From Myxococcota bacterium (GTDB lineage: Bacteria > Myxococcota_A > Polyangia > Nannocystales > Nannocystaceae), in the NCBI GenBank assembly GCA_039028615.1, contig JBCCHT010000016.1:64001-128000 (forward strand): 64,000 nucleotides of DNA. The letters run 5' to 3'. The translations under genes and the position numbers were made by a program. This document shows, piece by piece, positions 20,639 through 28,922 of the stretch (positions are counted from its first letter, which is position 1; every line of letters begins with the position of its first letter). Below the pieces are notes generated by a model. It was not told where the DNA came from. It searched no databases and saw only the letters and a list, made by a program, of their open reading frames with translations.

Positions 20639-21217
20639 GTGACGTCGATCGACGTCGGACCCCGGGCCCCCGTGGTACCAGGAGCGGTGCACGCACGAGT
20701 ATGGATGCTCGGCTGGGGGCTCGGGGTCATATTGATCGGCGGATGCCCCGAGGGTGACTCGGGTACCTCGACCGACGGAGCCACCTCGAGTGCATCCAGC
20801 ACGACGGGAGACTCGGGGTCGACGCCCGGGTCATCGGTCTCGATGAGCAGCGGAGTCTCCGGGACGGACGCCGCCACGGCGGCGGACGGCGGAGGCTCGA
20901 GCGGGCAGGGGATGGGCTCCAGCGACGAAACAGGGTGTCTCGGCGTCGACGGATGCCCCTGCGTGGACGAAGACGATTGCCTGCCGGGTCTTTGGTGCCT
21001 TCAGGGATTGTGCGAGGCCGGCGGTTGCCCGGTCGGGGGAGAAACCTGCCCCTGTGGTCCTGCGGGGGCCTGCGACGAAGGCCTCGTCTGCATGTCGGAT
21101 CTTTGCGTCGAAGAGCCCTGCACCCCGGGGACGAAGCTGTGCTCGTGCCTGGGCTCGGGCACCTGCCAGCGCGGCCTGGAATGCAAGCAAGGCTTGTGCA
21201 TTCCAGCCGGCGGTTGA
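20639..21217 (+). CDS. Cys-rich putative lipoprotein (start uncertain)
   Basis: LIGGC lipobox, Ser/Thr/Gly linker, three 'C.G..C.C...C..GL.C...LC' repeats. Confidence 0.7.
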   Translation: MTSIDVGPRAPVVPGAVHARVWMLGWGLGVILIGGCPEGDSGTSTDGATSSASSTTGDSGSTPGSSVSMSSGVSGTDAATAADGGGSSGQGMGSSDETGCLGVDGCPCVDEDDCLPGLWCLQGLCEAGGCPVGGETCPCGPAGACDEGLVCMSDLCVEEPCTPGTKLCSCLGSGTCQRGLECKQGLCIPAGG

Positions 21218-21233
21218 GTCGAGTTCGCTCGCG

Positions 21234-22220
21234 TCAGCCCGCGTTGGGAAAGTCGACGCAGGCGGAATCGACCTGGCCTTCGATGGCGACCTCGAAGGCG
21301 GTCTCGAGGTCTCCCATGCACAGGTCCCAGAACATGCCGTTACCGTTGGCTTCGAAGAGCGCCGCGAGCTCCTTGGACTGCACCGCGTCGAGGGCGGTGC
21401 CGTAGGGCCCTTCGCACTCCGAGTCTCCGCCGACCCCGAGGTAGACGACCTTGCTCGCGTCGCCGCCCTTGGCCGCCACGATCCGATCGTAGATTTCCTG
21501 CGCGGACTCGACGTCGGCCAGCTCTTCGTCTTCGTCGGTGATGGCCACGATGAACAGCACCGCGTCCTCGCGCAGGAAGCCCGCATTGGCGCCGAGCAAG
21601 GCATCACCCGTGATCGCGTTGGCAGCGGTGAGGGCGGGCTGCTCGTCGTCGTCGGCGAAGTCGCCATCGTCGACGCAGTTGTCCGATTCGCCTTGGTACC
21701 CGTTGGGCGAGAATTCAGTCACACACGCGAACTCGTCGGCCAGCGTGGGCGAGCTGGAGATCATCATGTTGCTGCCGGTCGAGAAGTTGCACGCCCCGTC
21801 GAGGCCGGTGTCGTGGAAGTGAGCTGGCTTGGGGCAGGCGTCGATCACCGCGAGGTGGAAGTCGTCGATGCCCCCGTTGATCGCCAATAGCGTCTGCGGG
21901 AAGGAGTCGAACACGGGGCCGCGCAGGGCCTCGTGTTCTTCGACCATGCTGTCGGAGTTGTCGACGGCGACGATGACGTCGACCTTCTTGCAGCCCAGGG
22001 GGTTGTTGCCGTCGTCGGCCCCGGCGGTACCGTCGCCCCCCACGTCGAACTTGGGGCCGTCGTCCTCGACCGCTTCGGTCTCCGAGATGACGATGCCCGT
22101 CTGCGAGCCGCTACTGCCGCTATCGCCGGCTTGGCCGCCATCGTCGCCACATGCCAAGGGCAGCGTGCAGAGTCCAACCACGGGCCAGATCCGCACCTTC
22201 GGTGCACGAGCCTTCCACAT
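21234..22220 (-). CDS. Myxobacterial lipoprotein with vWA-like domain
   Basis: LPLAC lipobox, VDNSDSM (MIDAS-like), 'FLREDAVLFIVAITDEDE'. Confidence 0.8.
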   Translation of the reverse strand: MWKARAPKVRIWPVVGLCTLPLACGDDGGQAGDSGSSGSQTGIVISETEAVEDDGPKFDVGGDGTAGADDGNNPLGCKKVDVIVAVDNSDSMVEEHEALRGPVFDSFPQTLLAINGGIDDFHLAVIDACPKPAHFHDTGLDGACNFSTGSNMMISSSPTLADEFACVTEFSPNGYQGESDNCVDDGDFADDDEQPALTAANAITGDALLGANAGFLREDAVLFIVAITDEDEELADVESAQEIYDRIVAAKGGDASKVVYLGVGGDSECEGPYGTALDAVQSKELAALFEANGNGMFWDLCMGDLETAFEVAIEGQVDSACVDFPNAG

Positions 22221-22389
22221 GCCTTGGAGCATACGCGGGGGATTGCACCGGGGCACGGAGCCAATCTCCCTCGATGGCGTTGTCCCGGTGATTCCGTCGT
22301 ACGCGAGACTGATGTTCGTACGTCGACGTTAGGGCGGCCGTGATCTCGGTATTCGCGTTGGCCGTTTGGTCAATGTGGGAATGGGCGAT

Positions 22390-23550
22390 TCAGCGTTTTC
22401 GGCAGCGTGGCTCTTCGGGCCCGCACTTGATCCGCACGTGGATGTGCGTGTCGTGCCCCTTCGAGTGCCGCACGACCGGTCGGCTGTCGCCCGTCCAGCG
22501 CGGCCACTTGATCACTGCCTCGAGGCTCTCGGGGGTCTCGCCCATCGCTCGCGCCGCTTCGTACAAGAAACGATGACGGCTGATGTCGAGGAAGATGGTG
22601 TCGACTTCCCCCGTGTCGATGAATGCCCGCACCAGCCCCCACGATGCGTACCAGTCGATCTCGTCGGCCCGGGTGGAGCCCTTGCTGCGAATGCCGGGCC
22701 ACAGCGGCAGGCGGATGTCGATGTCGCGTCCGCTCTGATGAGACACGTGGGGAGAGAACCGACCGCCGCGCTTGCGGCTGAGGGCTCCGATGATCACTTC
22801 GCCCTCGAAGCCGGTATCGTGGCGGAAGTGGGCGAAGGCCCGGTGGATCTGCTCGATGGTGTGGCTGCTGCCCCAAAGCCCGCTCGTCTTTTCCTTGCGG
22901 GTGTACAGCGGACTGTCGGGGAGCAGCAGGCCGTCTTGCAGGCGACCGCGGTTGGGTCGACCCACGCTCTTGGCCTCGGCGGGGAGGTCGAAGTGTTCGG
23001 GTACGGCCGGCCCCGTGCCGGGCACGATGGTCTGCGGCCACCCGGGATCGATCCACAGGGTGATTGTTTGACCCGGCTCGAGGGTGCGGAGCCGCCAGTT
23101 GTACGCGTGGAGATCGCGATGCGAGATGCGGAACTTGGCGGAGATGTCCATCCAGTCCTCGCCCTCCTGCACCACGTAACGAACCTGCTGCCGCGGCGGC
23201 GGGAGGCGGCGGGCCTTGATCTTGAGCCAACGGCGGCGGGCGGGAGGCTGCGCCGAGTTGGGGTCGAGGCTCGGGTTCCAGCGCACCAGCTCGTCGCGGG
23301 TGACCGCATAGCGCACGGCGAGCTGGGTCAAGGTCTCGCGCGGCCGCACCCGGTGCCGGATGGTCGTGCGACGCTCGGGAACTACCGTCGGCGGGGCGGC
23401 ATCGAGCACGTCTTGCAGGCTCTGGACGATGGGGATCCCATCATCGTCGCTCGCCGTCGCGGCGGCCTCGGTAGGCGCGGACGTGCTCGGTGGCTCTAGC
23501 ACCGAGCCGAGTCCGAGGGTCACGAGGAGGGCAACGCATCCGGTGGGCAT
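22390..23550 (-). CDS. LysM-domain penicillin-insensitive murein endopeptidase (MepA-like)
   Basis: Two LysM repeats; HVSHQSGRDID and HDTHIHVRI motifs. Confidence 0.88.
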   Translation of the reverse strand: MPTGCVALLVTLGLGSVLEPPSTSAPTEAAATASDDDGIPIVQSLQDVLDAAPPTVVPERRTTIRHRVRPRETLTQLAVRYAVTRDELVRWNPSLDPNSAQPPARRRWLKIKARRLPPPRQQVRYVVQEGEDWMDISAKFRISHRDLHAYNWRLRTLEPGQTITLWIDPGWPQTIVPGTGPAVPEHFDLPAEAKSVGRPNRGRLQDGLLLPDSPLYTRKEKTSGLWGSSHTIEQIHRAFAHFRHDTGFEGEVIIGALSRKRGGRFSPHVSHQSGRDIDIRLPLWPGIRSKGSTRADEIDWYASWGLVRAFIDTGEVDTIFLDISRHRFLYEAARAMGETPESLEAVIKWPRWTGDSRPVVRHSKGHDTHIHVRIKCGPEEPRCRKR

Positions 23551-23630
23551 GGTCGCACGTGCATGCTTACCACAAGCGCCGGCCCGATATCCGCCCTGTC
23601 CAGGTCGCGGCGGGGGGCTACCATCGGTGC

Positions 23631-26186
23631 ATGTGCATGAGCCTTAGTGGAAGGTCGCGGGATTGGGTGCGCTGGCTGGGGGCGCTGGCGTTGGGGGTGA
23701 CGGGGTGTGGCGACGACGGGACGGTGACCAGCACCAGTACCAGCGACACGGACACGGCCGGCTCGACCGCTGCGCTGACCACGGGCGTCGACGACAGCAC
23801 CGATGGCACGGGAGCCTCGGCGACCGATTCCCCGCAGACCACGACCGGGCTCGATTCGACCGGCGGCATGGACACGACGACGGGCGGGGTCGATACCACC
23901 GAAGGCGAGTCCTCCGAGAGCTCGAGCACGGGCGAGCCCAACCTGCCCCCCGAGGCGATCGACGATCTGTACTTCGTCCGCGAGGACCTGGCGCCCTTGG
24001 TGGTGGACGCGTCCATCGGAGTGCTGAGCAACGACAGCGATCCCGAAGACGATGCGCTGACCGTGATGCCGGGCGCCATCATGAGCACGGCGGGCGGCAC
24101 GGTGAACCTGACCGAAGACGGCGGCTTCGACTACCAGCCGCCGGTCGACTTCGTGGGCACCGACAGCTTCGTCTACGCCGCGCTCGACGGGGGCGGCATG
24201 ACCGAGGCGACCGTTCAGATCTCGGTGGGCCCGGTGCAGGTCGACATGGCCGACGTGGCCGGCGGCGTCGGGGGCTTTGCCATCGACGGCGAGGCGGCCG
24301 GCGACGAGTCGGGCTACACGGTCGCGGGCGGCGGCGACGTGAACGGCGATGGCCTCGACGACCTGATCATCACGTCCAACCTCGCGGCGGGCGGGGTGGG
24401 TCGGGCGTGGGTGGTCTTTGGCCAGGCCGGCGGCACGACCATCTCGTTGGCCGACGTCAGCATGGGCATGGGCGGCTTCGTGATCGATGCCGAGTCCGCG
24501 GTCGACTCGGCCGCGATCGTCGGTGATGTGGACGGCGACATGCTGGCCGACGTGCTCGTGGGCGCGTCCCCGGCCGGCGGCGCGGGCCGAGCCTACGTGG
24601 TGCACGGCAAGGCCGACGGCACGGCGGTCGACCTGGCCGACATCGCGATGGGTATGGGTGGCTTCGTGCTGGACGGAGACACCAACGGAGAAGACGCCGG
24701 GTTTGCCGTCGCGGCCGCGGGTGATGTCAATGGCGATGGCCTGGCCGATCTGGCGATCGGGGCTCCCGACGGCGGACCGATCCCCGCGGGCGGTCGCACC
24801 TACGTGGTGTTCGGCAAGACCGACACCACCGCGGTGTTGCTCGCCGACGTCAACACGGGCGCCGGGGGCTTCGTCATTCGCGGCGCGGGCTTCGACGACA
24901 TGTCGGGCACGACGCTGTCTGGAGCGGGCGACGTCAACGGCGATGGTCTCGACGACGTGCTGGTGGGCGCCCAGGATGCCAATGCGGGCGGCGGCGACTC
25001 GGGTCGCTGCTATGTGGTGTTCGGTAAGACGGACACCGCGCTCGTCAGCCTCGGCTCCCTGGGGGCAGGCGGGTTCGCCATCGACGGCACCGAGGCGTTC
25101 GACCTCGCCTGCTCGGCCGTGGCCGGCCTGGGTGACATGAACGGCGATGGCCTGGCCGAGCTGGCGGTCGGAGCCGAAGGGGCCGAAGGGGCGCTGCCGG
25201 CCCAGGGCCGGATCTACGTGGTCGAAGGCAAGTCGGACGGCGCGACGGTGGAGCTTTCGGATGTCGCGATGGGGCTCGGCGGCTTCGTGATCGATGGTGA
25301 GCTGGCGGGTAACCTGCTGGGGCAGGCCGTGGGTGGCCCGGGCGATATCGACGGCGACGGCTTCACCGACGTCGTGGTGGGAGCACACCTGCTCAGCGAG
25401 CTGCCCGAGACCTTCACCGGGCGCGGCTACGCGGTCTTCGGCAAGCTCGATGGCGCGCCGGTCCTGCTCGCGGACCTCACCGTGCGCCTGGGCGGCTATC
25501 GGCTCGCGACCGAGGGCGGCAACCAGAACCAGCTCGGGTGGTCGGTGGCCGGGGCGGGTGACGTCAACGGCGACGGCTTCGGCGACTTCGTGATCTCCGC
25601 CCTCGGAGCCGATCCTGCCGCGGGCGCCAACGCGGGTCGAAGCTACGTCGTGTTCGGGGGCAACCACACCGGGGCGCTCAGCCACTTGGGCGGGCCGAAC
25701 GACGACGTCCTCGTCGGGGGCTCGAGCACCGACGTCATCGTGGCGGGCGCGGGCAACGACGAACTCCACGGCAACGGAGGCTCCGACATCCTCTACGCCG
25801 GGGCGGGTGACGACCTCATCGCGATCGAGCAGGGGGCGTTCTTCCGCATCCGCGGGGGCAGCGGCTTCGACACGCTCTCGTTCGCGGACGATGGTGTACA
25901 GCTCGATCTCGGGGTCGTCGCCGACGTCGCGTTGCGGGACATCGAGGCGGTCGACCTCACCGGGAGCGGCGACAATCAGCTCACGCTGGGTCTGCGCGAT
26001 CTTCGAGCCCTGGTGGGAGCTTCTCGCACGTTGCGAGTGATGGGCGAAGACACCGATCTTCTCGAGGTCGACCTCAGCGGCGGCGGGTTCATGGACCTGG
26101 GCTCGGATATGGGCGTGCAGAGCTGGTCGGACGGCGTGTTCACCCTCGAGGTCGTCGAACCGCTGACCGCGATGGTGACCTTGTGA
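23631..26186 (+). CDS. Surface lipoprotein with cadherin-like Ig domain, FG-GAP (integrin-alpha) repeats and RTX-type Ca-binding repeats
   Basis: GVTGC lipobox; 'GVLSNDSDPEDD' domain; about 7 'GDVNGDG..D' repeats; GG.GND.L nonapeptides. Confidence 0.88.
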   Translation: MCMSLSGRSRDWVRWLGALALGVTGCGDDGTVTSTSTSDTDTAGSTAALTTGVDDSTDGTGASATDSPQTTTGLDSTGGMDTTTGGVDTTEGESSESSSTGEPNLPPEAIDDLYFVREDLAPLVVDASIGVLSNDSDPEDDALTVMPGAIMSTAGGTVNLTEDGGFDYQPPVDFVGTDSFVYAALDGGGMTEATVQISVGPVQVDMADVAGGVGGFAIDGEAAGDESGYTVAGGGDVNGDGLDDLIITSNLAAGGVGRAWVVFGQAGGTTISLADVSMGMGGFVIDAESAVDSAAIVGDVDGDMLADVLVGASPAGGAGRAYVVHGKADGTAVDLADIAMGMGGFVLDGDTNGEDAGFAVAAAGDVNGDGLADLAIGAPDGGPIPAGGRTYVVFGKTDTTAVLLADVNTGAGGFVIRGAGFDDMSGTTLSGAGDVNGDGLDDVLVGAQDANAGGGDSGRCYVVFGKTDTALVSLGSLGAGGFAIDGTEAFDLACSAVAGLGDMNGDGLAELAVGAEGAEGALPAQGRIYVVEGKSDGATVELSDVAMGLGGFVIDGELAGNLLGQAVGGPGDIDGDGFTDVVVGAHLLSELPETFTGRGYAVFGKLDGAPVLLADLTVRLGGYRLATEGGNQNQLGWSVAGAGDVNGDGFGDFVISALGADPAAGANAGRSYVVFGGNHTGALSHLGGPNDDVLVGGSSTDVIVAGAGNDELHGNGGSDILYAGAGDDLIAIEQGAFFRIRGGSGFDTLSFADDGVQLDLGVVADVALRDIEAVDLTGSGDNQLTLGLRDLRALVGASRTLRVMGEDTDLLEVDLSGGGFMDLGSDMGVQSWSDGVFTLEVVEPLTAMVTL

Positions 26187-26215
26187 CGACCAGATCGCGA
26201 AATCCGTCGTAGCTT

Positions 26216-26668
26216 TTGCCACCTCGGGTCCGGGATAATCGGCCCGAGGTGTTCGAGGCTCCCGATTTTGCGGCGTCGCTCCACCGCTTCGTCCACGAGT
26301 ATCGAGGCTCGCGGCAGCGGGCGGTGGTGCTCGCGCCCGATGTCTTCAGCTTCTTCGCTCGCCTGCTGATCGACGAGCGCTTGCCTCGAGGCGCGCGCAA
26401 TGTGGTGACGTCCGTCTTGGCCTACTTCGTCGTGCCCGACGACGTCATGCCCGAGGCGGAGCTCGGGCCGCTCGGGGTCCTGGACGATCTTTATGCGGCG
26501 GCCTACGCCTACCGGATGCTGCGCCGCGAGCTGCCCATGCCGCTGCTGCAAGACGCGTGGAGCGGCGACGACGAGCTCGATGAAGCGATGAGCGTGGTCT
26601 ACACCGAGACCCGTGCCGAGCTCGGCAAGCGCACCAAGAGCGTCCTGCGCATGGCCGGCTTGTCCTGA
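26216..26668 (+). CDS. DUF1232/YkvA family protein
   Basis: 'LAYFVVPDDVMPE..LGPLGVLDD'. Confidence 0.8.
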   Translation: MPPRVRDNRPEVFEAPDFAASLHRFVHEYRGSRQRAVVLAPDVFSFFARLLIDERLPRGARNVVTSVLAYFVVPDDVMPEAELGPLGVLDDLYAAAYAYRMLRRELPMPLLQDAWSGDDELDEAMSVVYTETRAELGKRTKSVLRMAGLS

Positions 26669-26676
26669 GCCCGACC

Positions 26677-28176
26677 TCAGGCGCGGGGGTACAGCAGCAG
26701 CCCGGTGTGGACTGGGCGGACCGAGTCCTTGGCCTTGCCCGCCGCGACGATCTCGGTGCTCGCCAGGTCGAGGGCTCTGCCGTGGACCACCATGCGCTTG
26801 GAAGAGCCGCCGTCGAGGTTGGTGGCCTCCGTGCATCCCAGCGCCTGCAGCAGCCGAGCGACGCCGTGCAGCGTCATGCCCAAGGCGCGGTCGAAGTTGC
26901 GGCCGTCGATCGCGGCGAGGAGCAGATGACCCTCGGGGGTCGAACCGGCGGCCAGCCGCGGCAGCAGGTTTCGATCGCCGGTCTCGTCCTGGGAGAAGGT
27001 GACCGGCGGCGCCGAGCCCCAAAAATCCTCGCGACGCATGTCGAGCGCGAGCTCACCGTTGTGAAGCAGGACCGGGCCCCCGGCGATGCCCGCTCGGATG
27101 GGTCCGTGGGGCCCCGCGACCTCCGGGTAGGTGACGCGGTCTCCCGCCTGGAGCGAGAGTCCCGAGGGCAGGGGAACGACGAAGCCATTGAGGGGCACGG
27201 GCAGCAAGCGCCCGACCGCGACCACTTCGTGTCCGACGATCGCGGCGCTGGGCGTGTCGGGTCCGACGGAGGCCCGCGCCCGGTGCATCGCGCCCGTGGG
27301 CGTGAAGCGAGTCCCGTCGGGGGTCTGCATCCGTACGTGCGACAGACCCACGCGACCGATGCTCGTGGTCCCCGTGGGGCTGATGAGCACGGCGCCGCGC
27401 TCGAACACGGGCGGCGAGCGAACCTCACCGTCCTCCATGAGCAAACCGACCGGATCATGGCGGCGCGAGGGCGCTTCGATGTCCGGCTCGGAGTACAGGA
27501 AGAAGCCCCCCGAGATGCCCGCGGCGGCTCCACGGTCCTGCACGTGCGTGGCGAAGTCGATGCCTCGGGCGACGGCGGGCCGGCAGTCCTCGACGCGCAG
27601 CCGTACCGTCCCTGGGTCGACCCGCAGCAGGTTCACGTGCAGCGGTCCCAGGTCGCTCGCTCCCTCGAGCCGGGCATGGGCGAGTCCATCGGCGACCGGG
27701 GCCCACTCGACTCGACCCGCGAGATCTTCGAGCGACAGCCCCGCGCCACCGCGTCGTCGGTGCCGATGCAGCCCGGTGATGCTGTAGTAGAAATCGGCGA
27801 GCGCTCGGATGCGGATGGCTCGACCGGAGGGCGAACGCAAGATCCCTCGCGCTCGCAACCGCAGCCCGACTCGCAGGACCCGACCGGTGTCGTCGCCCAG
27901 CGCCGCGATGGACTCGTCCACGGCGCCCAGGCGCCGGGCGAACAGCTCGGCCTGGGGGCGGTCGACCTCGTGGAGGTGGTCGGCGACGGCTTCCAGCGGT
28001 TCGTTCAGGCAGTGTTGCTCCAGGGCGTCGAAGCTGTCGTCCCACGGGCCTTCGGGCGGAGCGGGAGGCCCCCCGCGCGGGTGGGGCCCGGCAAAGCAAC
28101 GGAGCACTCCGAGCACGTCGTCGCTCAGTCCGCGACTTCGGCCGAACTCCATCGCGACCTCGAGCCAGCTCGGCAC
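26677..28176 (-). CDS. Phosphodiester glycosidase (NAGPA-like) family protein
   Basis: SGGFF, AGGPVLL, PRLAAG, IDGR, NLDGGSS. Confidence 0.85.
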   Translation of the reverse strand: MPSWLEVAMEFGRSRGLSDDVLGVLRCFAGPHPRGGPPAPPEGPWDDSFDALEQHCLNEPLEAVADHLHEVDRPQAELFARRLGAVDESIAALGDDTGRVLRVGLRLRARGILRSPSGRAIRIRALADFYYSITGLHRHRRRGGAGLSLEDLAGRVEWAPVADGLAHARLEGASDLGPLHVNLLRVDPGTVRLRVEDCRPAVARGIDFATHVQDRGAAAGISGGFFLYSEPDIEAPSRRHDPVGLLMEDGEVRSPPVFERGAVLISPTGTTSIGRVGLSHVRMQTPDGTRFTPTGAMHRARASVGPDTPSAAIVGHEVVAVGRLLPVPLNGFVVPLPSGLSLQAGDRVTYPEVAGPHGPIRAGIAGGPVLLHNGELALDMRREDFWGSAPPVTFSQDETGDRNLLPRLAAGSTPEGHLLLAAIDGRNFDRALGMTLHGVARLLQALGCTEATNLDGGSSKRMVVHGRALDLASTEIVAAGKAKDSVRPVHTGLLLYPRA

Positions 28177-28247
28177 GGGGGCAGCTTGTCACCGAGGCGG
28201 TCGAGGAGTCGATGTCGCGGTGCGCGCGTGATAGGCTCACGCCCCGC

Positions 28248-28466
28248 ATGAAGGAGCTACGGTTCCATCGCGACCTGTACCCGGGGACGGCGCTCGACGC
28301 CGCGATCAACACCTACGCGTCGTGGGCCGAGATCCAGCGCGAAGAATCGAAGACCCATTGGATCGTAAAGATCTCGGCCGGGAGCACGGCCGCCGAGCGG
28401 CAGATCGCAGGAGAGCTGGCCAACTACGCGTTGGGCCTCACCGTTCGCGAGGGCGCGCCGACATGA
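28248..28466 (+). CDS. HxsD-like protein (His-Xaa-Ser system)
   Basis: 72 aa; 'LRFHRDLY...AI..Y...GELANYALG..VRE' resembles HxsD; sits next to an HxS-repeat ORF. Confidence 0.65.
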   Translation: MKELRFHRDLYPGTALDAAINTYASWAEIQREESKTHWIVKISAGSTAAERQIAGELANYALGLTVREGAPT

Positions 28467-28593
28467 GGGCAGCCCCTACGTCGCCTCCATGTAGAGAATT
28501 ACGCGGGCGCAGGTCGCGGACGCGCACAAACGAGCGAACTCGCGCCAGCGACGTTTTCGTTTTGGTATGATTCGGGCTCGCGGAGATTGAGGC

Positions 28594-28893
28594 ATGACGC
28601 AGGACAAACGCGCTCCTGATGAGAAAAAGGGAACCCAGGACCTCTCCGGGTTGCCTTCATTTTCCCGAGATCCCGCGGCCATGTTGAGTGGGTCGCAACG
28701 ATCCATCTCGCAAAAAGCCAAAGATCACGCGGACGAAAGCTCTCATTTTCCCCTGGGAGAGCAGGACGGCCCCTTGGCTGCGCCAACGCATTGTTCGCAC
28801 GGAAGTCATGGCTCTCATGGAAGCCATGGCAGTCACGGAAGTCATGGAAGCCATGGCAGTCACGGAAGTCATGGTTCCCATGGCAGCTGGTAG
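28594..28893 (+). CDS. His-Xaa-Ser repeat protein (HxsA-like precursor peptide)
   Basis: 99 aa ending HCS-(HGS)10-W; GGAG/GAGG RBS upstream; synonymous codon variation among the repeats. Confidence 0.8.
   Translation: MTQDKRAPDEKKGTQDLSGLPSFSRDPAAMLSGSQRSISQKAKDHADESSHFPLGEQDGPLAAPTHCSHGSHGSHGSHGSHGSHGSHGSHGSHGSHGSW
28789..28887 (+). repeat. 9-bp tandem coding repeat (HxS x11), including an exact 27-bp duplication at 28816-28842/28843-28869
   Basis: CAY-GGN-(AGY/TCN) units read directly from the sequence. Confidence 0.95.
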
Positions 28894-28922
28894 CTCGTCC
28901 GGTTGGGGCTGACCCACGCCAC

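Noticed and set aside
23520..26222. Long antisense ORFs (this 900-aa one, also 29430-31916, 50142-52553 and others)
   Set aside because: Shadow ORFs typical of high-GC codon bias, lying opposite well-supported genes, with no motifs.
28791..28922. 'RKSWKPWQS' repeats at the N-terminus of the GGDEF/EAL ORF
   Set aside because: This is an alternative-frame reading of the HGS repeat; the real start is ATG 28923.
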